NCBI GenBank assembly: GCA_963769605.1
Contig: CAVYML010000009.1
Span: 12,579-76,578 of the forward strand
Reading direction: 5' to 3'
DNA length: 64,000 bases
Source of the DNA: Ignavibacteriota bacterium
Lineage (GTDB): Bacteria; Bacteroidota; Ignavibacteria; UBA10030
In this document: one piece after another, positions 50,467 to 60,306 of the stretch
Layout of the letters: each line of letters starts with the position of its first letter
Numbering within the stretch: position 1 is the first letter of the stretch
The notes under the pieces: generated by a model
The model's database searches: none
What the model was told of the DNA's origin: nothing
The model's input: only the letters and a program-made list of their open reading frames with translations
Program-made: the position numbers and the translations under genes

Positions 50467-51705
50467 ATGATAAAACGCTATGGAATGATACTCGTAATGC
50501 TGGCTGTTTTTGCATCATGCCGGCAAAACCCGGTCGCTTTAAAAGCGGTTAACCCGATAGATCCCGTCAATTCACCTGCAAGATCCGTTATCGACGCAGG
50601 AAACAGCTTCGGTTTCAAGCTCTTCAATCAAGTAAACAATAGAGAAGCAGGTGAAAATGTGTTTATATCTCCATTTAGTGTTTCTATGGCATTCGGCATG
50701 CTTCTCAACGGTGCGAACGGCTCTACGCTTGACTCATTGGAACGGGCTCTTGGCGATGCAGGCATGTCGTTGATTGATATAAACAATGCGTACGAAAGCA
50801 GCTCAGTTTATTTGACGACTCTTGACGCTCATGTCACTTTCCAAAATGCCAATTCTATATGGTATAGAGACGGATTTCCGGTATTGCCGAATTTCGTGAA
50901 TGTGAATAAAAGTTATTTTGACGCAGATGTGGATTCTTTAAATTTTACACTTCCCAGCGCAGCTCAAACAATCAATAATTGGGTGGACACAAAGACAAAC
51001 GGTAAGATCCCGACGATCATCGATGGCACTATCCCCGCCTCAGCAGTAATGTATATCATCAATGCTGTTTATTTTAAAGCCGCATGGACATACAAATACG
51101 ATTCGTCAAACACAAAAGATGCATCCTTTACCTGTGAAGATGGGAGCATTGCAACATGCAAGCTCATGAGTCAGGAAGATACATTGGCGTATTACGAAGA
51201 TAATTCCGTACAGGCAATAGATATACCGTACGGCGACCGGTCGTTCAGTATGACAGTGGTTATGCCTCCTGCCGGAACTTCCATCGATCAGTTTGCATCG
51301 ACACTCACTCAAGAACAATGGAATGCAATAGTGAACAAATTGGACTCTGCACGGGTCGATCTCTATATGCCTAAATTTGAACTAATATTTTCCAAGTCGT
51401 TGATTGACGAATTGAAGTCGCTCGGTATGGGAATAGTCTTTGATCCCTTAAGGGCGAACCTTACTCATATAAGCCCGGCGGGGTTATCTGTGTCCGAGGT
51501 ATTGCACAAAACATATGTGGATGTCAACGAGGAAGGAACGGAAGCGGCAGCAGTGACATTGATAGGGGTCACTACAGGAGTTGGGATTCCAAATGGATCT
51601 GAAATTAAAGTCATGAGGATTGATCACCCCTTTATTTTTGCGATACGCGAGCATCAATCGGGAACGATTCTTTTTATCGGAAAAATCGTCAATCCGAATC
51701 CTTAA
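50467..51705 (+). CDS. Serpin (serine protease inhibitor) family lipoprotein
   Basis: Lipobox FASCRQ; serpin motifs NAVYFKAAW and hinge/reactive-loop region EEGTEAAAVT...DHPFIFAIRE. Confidence 0.85.
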   Translation: MIKRYGMILVMLAVFASCRQNPVALKAVNPIDPVNSPARSVIDAGNSFGFKLFNQVNNREAGENVFISPFSVSMAFGMLLNGANGSTLDSLERALGDAGMSLIDINNAYESSSVYLTTLDAHVTFQNANSIWYRDGFPVLPNFVNVNKSYFDADVDSLNFTLPSAAQTINNWVDTKTNGKIPTIIDGTIPASAVMYIINAVYFKAAWTYKYDSSNTKDASFTCEDGSIATCKLMSQEDTLAYYEDNSVQAIDIPYGDRSFSMTVVMPPAGTSIDQFASTLTQEQWNAIVNKLDSARVDLYMPKFELIFSKSLIDELKSLGMGIVFDPLRANLTHISPAGLSVSEVLHKTYVDVNEEGTEAAAVTLIGVTTGVGIPNGSEIKVMRIDHPFIFAIREHQSGTILFIGKIVNPNP

Positions 51706-51909
51706 AGTCAACAATCTATTTTGATAAAATGGGGGAACAAAATTCGACGGAATTTCTCGGATGAAACAAATAATCTCGGCGATACTTCTTCATAAAAGAA
51801 TATGCATACAGGTTAATTTATTGCGTGTAAAAAGTGAATGAACCGGAGAACGGACAACAAAAGATGCAATCATTTGGAATCAAGAAGGATTGATAGAAAG
51901 GGAAAGGAT

Positions 51910-52368
51910 ATGAGAAACATTATTTTCATTTTTTCTCTTACACTTATCATTAACGGCTGCAGAATGAACGGCAATCCTGTAGCATCGACGGACAACCCTT
52001 CCTTAAGCATCAATTCGGTTCAGGACAGTTTGCAATATACATTTGAGATTAATAAAGCCAACTTTGAAGCTGATGATACGTTAAAAACGGCATTAACCGT
52101 AACGAATATTGGAACGGTTCCGGATACGATATTGGTACCCGGTTGCAATGGCGGGATGCCGTGGACATTAAAAAATGACAGCGGAATAACGGTAAATTGG
52201 GGACCGCGGGTTATCTGCGATCATGTTGCGATGGAAGTCCTTGAATCGAATCAGTCCGCTGTAATCGGCGAAATATATGAACCCATTATGGAGATGTCAG
52301 ATAATCAAACGGGTTCCTTTGTGTTCAGTACAATTTTTAATCTGTCCTTAAATTTACATGTGCAATGA
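51910..52368 (+). CDS. Hypothetical lipoprotein
   Basis: Lipobox LIINGCRM; 152 aa. Confidence 0.5.
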   Translation: MRNIIFIFSLTLIINGCRMNGNPVASTDNPSLSINSVQDSLQYTFEINKANFEADDTLKTALTVTNIGTVPDTILVPGCNGGMPWTLKNDSGITVNWGPRVICDHVAMEVLESNQSAVIGEIYEPIMEMSDNQTGSFVFSTIFNLSLNLHVQ

Positions 52369-52614
52369 ATTCGACAATTCAATTTATTTTTCAAATCATG
52401 AAGAACGATTCCATCAGCACAGGATCATGTCAAGTTCCTGTTCCCTTTCTATCGTCCAGCGGAGCAGCAATGAATCCAGGGACACATCCCCTTTATTATT
52501 ATTCCATTGAGAATAGCTATGAACCTTTTTAACGATATTCATCTCAAATATCTCTTGAATTGCAACCAATATTTTTTCATGATACAGAAGACGGCATCTC
52601 CGGAGGAGTGAACG

Positions 52615-53544
52615 ATGTTTAGAATACGATTTGTAGATTGGCTGAAATCTTTGCGCCGACCGCATCATTCAAATGATATATCCCAAGCGGTCGAAGATTC
52701 TCTACGAACAAGCGCAAAGCAAATTCAGATGCTTGATCCGGAAACAGAAAAGCAATGGCAGAGAATGCAAGCCGGACTTGCAGCAGAACAAAATTCTTCA
52801 AACATCCGGCACACTACCGTCCCGGTCATTCTTTGGAAACCTGCAATTTCTTTTGCTCTTGCGGCTTTTATCCTGATTGCAGGAGGAATATTCTTATTTC
52901 ATTCCAGCACCGCCAGGACCTACGAGACGGCAAAGGGCCAGCAATCTAAAATGACTCTTCCCGACGGCAGTGAGGTCATACTGAACCACACTTCGGAATT
53001 AACAGCCTATCATTCGCTTTTTGAACGCATTCGCCGTGTTTCATTAAAAGGAGAAGCTTTCTTTCAAGTGAAGAAAAATGGCAAACCTTTTATCATCACA
53101 ACCGATGCCGGCACTGTTCAAGTCCTGGGTACACAGTTCAATGTCCGTGTACGTGACGGACGGATGGAAGTAGCTGTTATCAGCGGTACCGTGAAAATAA
53201 CCGGCTTGCGAAACGGCATCGACAGCAGCATCATTCTCTCGCAGGGACAATTTTCCATCTGTGCAAAAAATGATTTTCCGGAATTATCCGGACATGTGCC
53301 TTTTTCCGAATATCCCGGCTGGCTGCATGGAACATTCATGTTCTACCGTACCAACCTTCTCTCAGCGTATAAAGAAATCGAATCGCAATTCGACATCAGC
53401 ATATTCGAGGAGGGACACCAATCGTCCGAAGAAACGATTACAGGTACCATCGACGGACGGAGCGCTGAGTGTGCTCTCACTGCACTTGTCCGGCTCACAG
53501 GAAAACACTTTCGCCATGAAGGCAATAGTTATATTATTTATTAG
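52615..53544 (+). CDS. FecR family anti-sigma factor / sensor
   Basis: TM segment then FecR domain motifs LPDGSEVILNHTSEL, GEAFFQV and TVQVLGTQFNV. Confidence 0.8.
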   Translation: MFRIRFVDWLKSLRRPHHSNDISQAVEDSLRTSAKQIQMLDPETEKQWQRMQAGLAAEQNSSNIRHTTVPVILWKPAISFALAAFILIAGGIFLFHSSTARTYETAKGQQSKMTLPDGSEVILNHTSELTAYHSLFERIRRVSLKGEAFFQVKKNGKPFIITTDAGTVQVLGTQFNVRVRDGRMEVAVISGTVKITGLRNGIDSSIILSQGQFSICAKNDFPELSGHVPFSEYPGWLHGTFMFYRTNLLSAYKEIESQFDISIFEEGHQSSEETITGTIDGRSAECALTALVRLTGKHFRHEGNSYIIY

Positions 53545-56014
53545 CGTCATTTTCATTGGAATACCTGGAATCGCTGCAGCACAGGCATCCGGCGGTCATA
53601 CATCTTTTCGATTCGAGAATGTACCGCTTCGGACGGCCCTCGATTCACTCATGCCGCAATATCCCGAATCCATTGTATACTTAGATAAAGATGTCGAAGG
53701 CAGGTTTGTCACGGCAGATTGTGTCAACTGCAGCTTTGAACAGGCGCTGGATAATATTCTCTATAGTACGGGTTTGATGTGGATACGAATAGGAAATCAA
53801 GTCGTTCTCAGAGAACAAGAGATGCAGGATACACGCAGGGAGGGAACAATTTCGGGGACGGCAAAGGATTCGCTCACTGGAGATCAGATCGCGGGTGCAA
53901 GTATCATTCACCGGGATTCTTCCGGGAGCGACAACAATTCCGTACGTTCATGGTGTTCCACAAATAATTTCGGATTTTTTTCGCTTCCTCATATCAGATC
54001 GGGATCCTATGTACTGGCAGTGCGTGCCCTCGGCTATGTTCCTGCAGAACGCAGCATCGAAGTCAAGGACAGCACATCTATCCGGCGCGATATTGATATG
54101 ATGCAAAAGGATATTGTATTGAACGGGGTTACCATTGAAGGCCGCCGCATGGCGATGACATCGACGGAGGGTATTTCCCACGGTGTGTACATGCGTTCCA
54201 TACCGACAGATCCTAATCAATATTCGATCGATGGAGGCAGGATTTACAATCCATCTCATTTCGGAGGAGTGCAAAGCACTTTCAATTCCGAAGCATTGAA
54301 CGAAGTACAGATCGTTCAGGGCGGACTTCCGCCGGATTACGGGGGCCGCATCGGAGGTATTGTGGATTACTCACTGCGTGATGGAAACCGGGAACAGCTG
54401 TCCGGTTCGTTCAGTGCAGGAACCTTGGAATCAAGTCTCTCTCTGGAGGGACCGCTCGATGCCGCCACGACATTTCTGATGTCAGGCCGGGCCGGATATA
54501 TTAATTCCTCCATTCAATTATTTCATCCGGGAGATTCTCTTTCCCGCATGGGTTCTTCCGAATACGTTGCAAAGCTGTCGCATCGATTGTCCGGCAGCCA
54601 GCAAGTATCGCTCAGCGGGTATTGGGGAACCGATTCATACGCAGGTGAAGCCGCGGGACCGGGCGATCGCATTAATAATAATTTTTCCTGGAATAACGGC
54701 ATGCTGGATCTTCGATGGATCGGAATTGTCTCGCCTTCTTTATTTCTCTACTCATCCCTTGTGTACAGCAGTTACAGTTTTAACCTCGGACATAATCTTG
54801 TTCAAAGCTCAATTCCATATTCCGGCGCTCCGCTTTCTTCCGATTACACAATTCAGGATGTCTGTTATCGTGCACATGGAGAAGATTATTACGACAGGGA
54901 TCATACCGTATGCGCGGGGATAGAACTTATTCACCATACCATGAATGCAAATATAAGTCAGTTTTCCAGTCAGATTGCTTCTTACACCCTCCAAAATTAT
55001 TCTACGTGGGAAACGTCGGTTTATCTTCAGGACAAATGGAAAATATTCCCGCGTGTAACGGCGGAAATCGGCGCACGGGCGACCGACTTTTCAGGCGCCC
55101 AGGGATCTTTCTCCTCCGTCGATCCCAGGTTTTCCCTGCATGCAGATCTCAACGATCAAACACTCCTGTACGGCTCCCTGTCGACTATCACTCAATTTGT
55201 TCATCCCTATAACAACAGCGGCGTGTTCCTTCTCTATCCGGCTCTTTTTTGGTATCCGTCTACTGAAAAAATCCGACCGACAATGTCGTCCCAGAGCACA
55301 ATCGGAATCGAACGAGATATACTTGATAATGCATACAATTTATCTGCCGAAACGTATTACAGGATTATCAACAACTTCCATGAATTTGCACTCGATACGA
55401 CATCAAGAATAGTGAAAGACCTCGACGACGCAATTATTTTCGGATCTGCAAAAACCTACGGGATACTGTGTATTCTTCAAAAACGCACAGGCAATTTGAC
55501 CGGTGCGATCAGCTATAATCTTTCATGGTCATTTGAATCATTTGCACAAATTAATGGAGGGGCGGAATTTCTCCCGCCATTTGACCGCAGACACGAGATT
55601 CAAATAACCGGCGAGTATAAGGCATATCAAAACTGGACATTCGGTGCGCTCTGCGTCTTTGCGTTAGGACAGTCGTCTTCGATAACACCATTGATACTTC
55701 CATCCCCAGCAAAAGCAGAATCGCAAAACACAGTCCACCCTGTCGCCATGCGCGAAAACGATGAACTCATGGATGTTAACGGCAACCGCCTGCCCGGTTT
55801 CCAGAGACTTGAATTGAATATTGTTCGATATTTTTCATTCAATCGTTTACCATGTCAACTGTCCTTCCGTTTCATGAACAGCTACGGACTTCAGGATCCC
55901 TTTATCTGGAATCTGGAGAAGAGTAATGCTTCAATTCTGCAATGGAATGCAACACTCCGGTATGCCGGTCTGTTCCCGCTCTATCCGTCTCTTGAATTTA
56001 CGATGCGATTCTGA
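53516..56014 (+). CDS. TonB-dependent receptor with N-terminal STN signalling domain and CarbopepD_reg-like domain (FecA/SusC-like transducer)
   Basis: Start MKAIVILF...; STN domain (FRFENVPLRTALDSL...QVVLREQE), Cna-like regulatory domain, plug and barrel; overlaps the FecR gene end. Confidence 0.85.
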   Translation: MKAIVILFISVIFIGIPGIAAAQASGGHTSFRFENVPLRTALDSLMPQYPESIVYLDKDVEGRFVTADCVNCSFEQALDNILYSTGLMWIRIGNQVVLREQEMQDTRREGTISGTAKDSLTGDQIAGASIIHRDSSGSDNNSVRSWCSTNNFGFFSLPHIRSGSYVLAVRALGYVPAERSIEVKDSTSIRRDIDMMQKDIVLNGVTIEGRRMAMTSTEGISHGVYMRSIPTDPNQYSIDGGRIYNPSHFGGVQSTFNSEALNEVQIVQGGLPPDYGGRIGGIVDYSLRDGNREQLSGSFSAGTLESSLSLEGPLDAATTFLMSGRAGYINSSIQLFHPGDSLSRMGSSEYVAKLSHRLSGSQQVSLSGYWGTDSYAGEAAGPGDRINNNFSWNNGMLDLRWIGIVSPSLFLYSSLVYSSYSFNLGHNLVQSSIPYSGAPLSSDYTIQDVCYRAHGEDYYDRDHTVCAGIELIHHTMNANISQFSSQIASYTLQNYSTWETSVYLQDKWKIFPRVTAEIGARATDFSGAQGSFSSVDPRFSLHADLNDQTLLYGSLSTITQFVHPYNNSGVFLLYPALFWYPSTEKIRPTMSSQSTIGIERDILDNAYNLSAETYYRIINNFHEFALDTTSRIVKDLDDAIIFGSAKTYGILCILQKRTGNLTGAISYNLSWSFESFAQINGGAEFLPPFDRRHEIQITGEYKAYQNWTFGALCVFALGQSSSITPLILPSPAKAESQNTVHPVAMRENDELMDVNGNRLPGFQRLELNIVRYFSFNRLPCQLSFRFMNSYGLQDPFIWNLEKSNASILQWNATLRYAGLFPLYPSLEFTMRF

Positions 56015-56047
56015 CAGAGAAGAGACAGACAGCAGCATCGTCCTCAT

Positions 56048-57253
56048 TTATTTTACCAGCCTGAGCATGAATACTTCGTGTGATGGAATTATTAATTTGA
56101 GAGATTTGCCGGTCGTTCCGATATCCTTTTGAGCCCAGCAATCGCGCAAAGTATAAGTCTGCTTATCGAACCGCAGATCCAAATTTGTAAGAGCATCGTG
56201 GATGACCTGGCCATTCCATACATAATTAAATTCGGCAGGCTCTGGTCCGCGATTAAAAAAGCACACAGCCCAATCGCCGTTCTTCAAGGGTTTATACCAT
56301 ACTTCTACGTTATCAATTTTGCTCTGTCTAAAACCCTGGACTCCTGATGAATCCTGATCGATTGCAATAACTTCCTTGTTCGTAAGAATATCAAGAATAT
56401 TCTTCGGCATCTTTCTTAAATCATTGCCTGCAATAAGCGGAGCCGCCAGCATTGCCCACAATGAAAAATGCGCCCGGCTCTCGCCTATCGTAAGACTTCC
56501 ATTTCCAACTTCGAGCATATCCGGATCGTTCCAGTGGCCTGACCCGGCATATTTGCGAAGGCCTTCCTGCATATCGAAAATTTGCATGATTCCGTATGAA
56601 TTGTACGCGCCGCCGTGCGTATCGAGACAATCCCAGCAAGCCGTAATATCTCCGGTCGTTCTCCAAAGATGACCGACAGATGCAGCCCAGGCCCATGGCT
56701 TATTATTTCCCCATTCACATATACTGAATATCATGGGCCGCCCGGCAGCATGGATCGCATCTCTCATCGTCGTATAAGCGCCCACCGCATCGATTCCTTC
56801 AGAGTTGCACCAGTCATATTTCAGATAGTCGCATCCCCAGCGGGCAAACATAATCGCATCCTGGAATTCATGGCCGCGGCTGCCCATAAAACCTCCGCAT
56901 GTAGTATAGCCCGCGTCGGAATAGAGACCCAATTTTAATCCTTTCGAGTGAATATAATCTGATAATGCTTTTAATCCGGAAGGAAATCTGCCTTGATCAA
57001 CAATAAGAAAACCGAGACTGTCGCGTGAACCCGTCCAGTTGTCATCAATGATGATGTATTGGTAGCCGGCATCCTTCATACCCGTCGATACGATTAAATC
57101 CGCCATCTCACGAATTATTTTTTCATTAAATTTTCCGGCAAATGTGTTATACGTGTTCCATCCCATCGGTGGAGTCATAGCGAGACCGTCGAATTTTTGC
57201 GCGCAACAGTTCACCGAAAAAAAGAAAATAAAAAGTATTCCGAAGCATTTCAT
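56048..57253 (-). CDS. Alpha-galactosidase, GH27 family
   Basis: PPMGWNTYN, DDNW, LKYDWC and CEWG motifs; signal peptide. Confidence 0.9.
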   Translation of the reverse strand: MKCFGILFIFFFSVNCCAQKFDGLAMTPPMGWNTYNTFAGKFNEKIIREMADLIVSTGMKDAGYQYIIIDDNWTGSRDSLGFLIVDQGRFPSGLKALSDYIHSKGLKLGLYSDAGYTTCGGFMGSRGHEFQDAIMFARWGCDYLKYDWCNSEGIDAVGAYTTMRDAIHAAGRPMIFSICEWGNNKPWAWAASVGHLWRTTGDITACWDCLDTHGGAYNSYGIMQIFDMQEGLRKYAGSGHWNDPDMLEVGNGSLTIGESRAHFSLWAMLAAPLIAGNDLRKMPKNILDILTNKEVIAIDQDSSGVQGFRQSKIDNVEVWYKPLKNGDWAVCFFNRGPEPAEFNYVWNGQVIHDALTNLDLRFDKQTYTLRDCWAQKDIGTTGKSLKLIIPSHEVFMLRLVK

Positions 57254-57360
57254 GGTCTTAATCCAATGTTTGGTTATGAGGATTTGTTAATGTCGATTTG
57301 AGCGGATATCTTTTCTTTCCATAAATTAGGATTGAATTCTGCCTTTAGCAATCTCCTTCT

Positions 57361-58437
57361 TCATTTCGGCGGATAGACAAAATAAAGCTGCATTCCTTCC
57401 TCTGAACAATATTTTATTTTTCCAGTTTTATATGGTACAAAAAATTTTTCACCGGTCTTGAGTTCGTATTTTTTCGTTAAAGATTCTATTTGTCCACCGC
57501 CTTTGGTCACCATCCCTATATAAAACGAATCTGCTTCCTTGCGATAAAGATCATTGACGTCTAATTTATCGATTGAGAAACAAGGAGTTTTTTTTCTATC
57601 AACCAAATTATACTCGCTGCTTTTTTCTTGAATATGAATATTTTCCGGTGAACAGAATAAATTCCGTTTTATGTCTTCCGGAGAAATCGTGCTGAAATCT
57701 ATCATCTCTAGCGCGAAATCAATTCCTCTTCCCATAAACCTTGATTGTTCCGGCAAAACATATCCTCCTCGATCAAATTCCAGCCGAACGACAAAATCGG
57801 TCGGTTCCATTATTTCGGCCATAAAAATGCCTTCCCCGATTGCATGCGGCAATCCGCCGGGAACAATAAAAACATCTCCGGGGGAAACCGGGATCTTATC
57901 GAAGCAGGATGAGAGCCGGGGAATATTCTGATCTTGAACGACTTCCCTAAAAATCTCTTTAGAGAGAGGATGCTGAAAACCTATATAAACATACGGATTT
58001 TTGACTTCTTCCCTGATGTTTAAAATAATATAAACTTCTGTTTTTCCGGAGTTACTGTTTAAATATTTTTGGGAAAAAGATGGAGTCGGATGCGCTTGTA
58101 TATGCAGGCGAATTGCGGAGTCAAGAAATTTTGTAAGGAATTGTGTATTGGGCCCATATTTTGCATAATGGCTGTCGCCCAGCAAGTCCAGCGGAAACTG
58201 CCGGAACAGGTCTTTGAGAAAGAATGAATTTCCTTCAATTTCTACTTTCGAAAATCCTTCATCCGGGATGTTCTCGCGGCCGATGTTTTTTGCTTTTACC
58301 GTTGATGCTATCCAGTCTTCCGGAAAATGACCATCCGACGGCGAAGAACTGCCTTCCAGCAGATCTAAATACCTGCCCCCGGAATATGTCCTCCAGACTC
58401 TGTTGGGCTTTAACATTAGTATATCCGGAATAATCAT
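57361..58437 (-). CDS. Class I mannose-6-phosphate isomerase-like cupin protein
   Basis: HIQAHPT, GKTEVYIIL and PGGLPHAIGEGIFMAEIMEPTD motifs of the type I PMI fold. Confidence 0.75.
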   Translation of the reverse strand: MIIPDILMLKPNRVWRTYSGGRYLDLLEGSSSPSDGHFPEDWIASTVKAKNIGRENIPDEGFSKVEIEGNSFFLKDLFRQFPLDLLGDSHYAKYGPNTQFLTKFLDSAIRLHIQAHPTPSFSQKYLNSNSGKTEVYIILNIREEVKNPYVYIGFQHPLSKEIFREVVQDQNIPRLSSCFDKIPVSPGDVFIVPGGLPHAIGEGIFMAEIMEPTDFVVRLEFDRGGYVLPEQSRFMGRGIDFALEMIDFSTISPEDIKRNLFCSPENIHIQEKSSEYNLVDRKKTPCFSIDKLDVNDLYRKEADSFYIGMVTKGGGQIESLTKKYELKTGEKFFVPYKTGKIKYCSEEGMQLYFVYPPK

Positions 58438-58520
58438 GCTTTTGAACTCTCCGATCTTATATACTCAGCAGCATAACTGAACAACAAAGAACTACGCACT
58501 ACGAACTACGAACTAAGACA

Positions 58521-59813
58521 CTATCTTATTTTTTTTATCTCTACGTTCCTTATCTCTCCGCCGAGAACAAACACCGATATCACTCCCAAAGGAACGAGTA
58601 AGGCTCCCATTATAAAAACCGGCACATAAGTCTTCGCGCTAAGAACAGGAATAAGCCATGTGCTGAAAACCAGAACGCCAAGCACTGCGCTCATCCCTCC
58701 GAAGCCGGCAAGTGAACCGACAGAGCGCCCGGAAAAATAATCGCTTGGAAGCGTTTGTATATTATTCATTGCTATTTGAAAACCGCCGAGAACCGCCGCC
58801 ATCAACACAACGGCCAGAAACGGAGAATTCGCAAAAGCCGTAAGAAGAAAAGCTGGAATCATGATTGTACCGCCAATGACGACTGACCATTTACGGGCTT
58901 TATCGACAGACCATCCTTTATGAATCATATTCCCCGACCACCATCCTCCTGCAATACACCCGACCGCTCCGCCAAGGTACGGCACCCAGGCAAAAAAACC
59001 TATCTGTTTAATATTGAAGCCAAACCGCTCTACAAGAAAAATCGACAGCCAATTGACGAACAGCCACCAGATTGGATCGAGAAAAAATCTTGAAACGATA
59101 ACCGACCAGCTTTGTTTGTATGTAAGAATCTCTCCCCACGCAGGAACATATTCATCTGAAGAATGATTCATGTTCCCTGACTTTTGACCGGTCAAAATAT
59201 AACGGCGCTCATCTTCACTCATCCAGGGATGCGCTGCCGGGCCGCATTTATAGAGAATCCACCACGGTATAATCCAGAGCATTCCGCAGCTACCGATGAC
59301 GATAAAAGTCGCTTTCCAACCGGCTAATAAATACAACGCAGCGACAATCGGAGCAGAAAGAACGGCTCCAAGCGAAGAACCTGTATTAAAGATCCCTTGA
59401 GCAAGCGCACGTTCCTTGATTGGGAACCACTCTCCGCTCGCTTTAGTTCCTCCCGGAAAATTTCCGGCTTCACTCAATCCAAGTAAAGCGCGAAATCCGG
59501 AAAAACTAAAAATACCGCGGGCGGCTCCGTGCAGCATGCACGCAATCGACCAGACGGATATGCTCAGCACAAATCCGATGCGAATTCCCACCCAATCGAA
59601 CATCCTGCCGGTCAACGCCTGACCTATTCCATAAGCGATCATAAACGCAGCCACAATTGACGCATATTGATCTTTGTTCAGGTTCAAATCTTTAGAAATG
59701 CCCGGCCACATGATCGCAAGCGAGGAGCGATCGATGTAATTGATGATGGTTGCAATTCCAATGAGACCGATAATCAACCATCGCAGTTCCTTAATTTTTT
59801 TTATTGGAACCAT
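58521..59813 (-). CDS. MFS transporter (ACS/hexuronate ExuT-like subfamily)
   Basis: 12 TM helices; N-terminal IINYIDRSSLAI motif. Confidence 0.8.
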   Translation of the reverse strand: MVPIKKIKELRWLIIGLIGIATIINYIDRSSLAIMWPGISKDLNLNKDQYASIVAAFMIAYGIGQALTGRMFDWVGIRIGFVLSISVWSIACMLHGAARGIFSFSGFRALLGLSEAGNFPGGTKASGEWFPIKERALAQGIFNTGSSLGAVLSAPIVAALYLLAGWKATFIVIGSCGMLWIIPWWILYKCGPAAHPWMSEDERRYILTGQKSGNMNHSSDEYVPAWGEILTYKQSWSVIVSRFFLDPIWWLFVNWLSIFLVERFGFNIKQIGFFAWVPYLGGAVGCIAGGWWSGNMIHKGWSVDKARKWSVVIGGTIMIPAFLLTAFANSPFLAVVLMAAVLGGFQIAMNNIQTLPSDYFSGRSVGSLAGFGGMSAVLGVLVFSTWLIPVLSAKTYVPVFIMGALLVPLGVISVFVLGGEIRNVEIKKIR

Positions 59814-59987
59814 CTCGCTTCGTTACTTTCATTCATCGATGAATATTTCTGTCTGTTCCCGATCGGCATAAAGCGCTCGCGACTAACGAACCCGATTTTT
59901 TCGCCGATCATAAGTTAGTTATTTTTGATCCATAGTATTCTTTTCACTAAGTTTAATATAGATCACTTTTAGGGGCAGATCAAGATT

Positions 59988-60236
59988 ATGAATGATAAAG
60001 TCGATATTTCCACTCCTTCTGAAAAATGCAGAAGCTGCGGATCGGCATTAGCCGGTAATTATTGCAGCACATGCGTGGAAAAGAGATTTAATCCTCGCTA
60101 TGATTTGTCAATCGGCAAGTTTATAGAGCACAGCGTCGATATTTTCATTCATCTTGACTCCAAAGTATTCAAAACTTTTAAAATGCTTTTCTTTTATTCG
60201 TACTGGAACTGTATCGTGAAAGCATTACGGTGTTAA
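59988..60236 (+). CDS. Small zinc-ribbon protein (CxxC...CxxC)
   Basis: CRSCGSALAGNYCSTC motif; 82 aa; upstream of the GH74-like gene. Confidence 0.35.
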   Translation: MNDKVDISTPSEKCRSCGSALAGNYCSTCVEKRFNPRYDLSIGKFIEHSVDIFIHLDSKVFKTFKMLFFYSYWNCIVKALRC

Positions 60237-60306
60237 CCTTGTTTATTTTGTAAGCGGTTGTCCGGAATGAGTGAGCGAACTCTTCCGGGGAAAAAAAGGT
60301 GAGATC

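Noticed and set aside
53948-54274. Minus-strand and other internal ORFs within the large TonB-dependent receptor genes
   Set aside because: Shadow ORFs inside well-supported long coding regions on the opposite strand.
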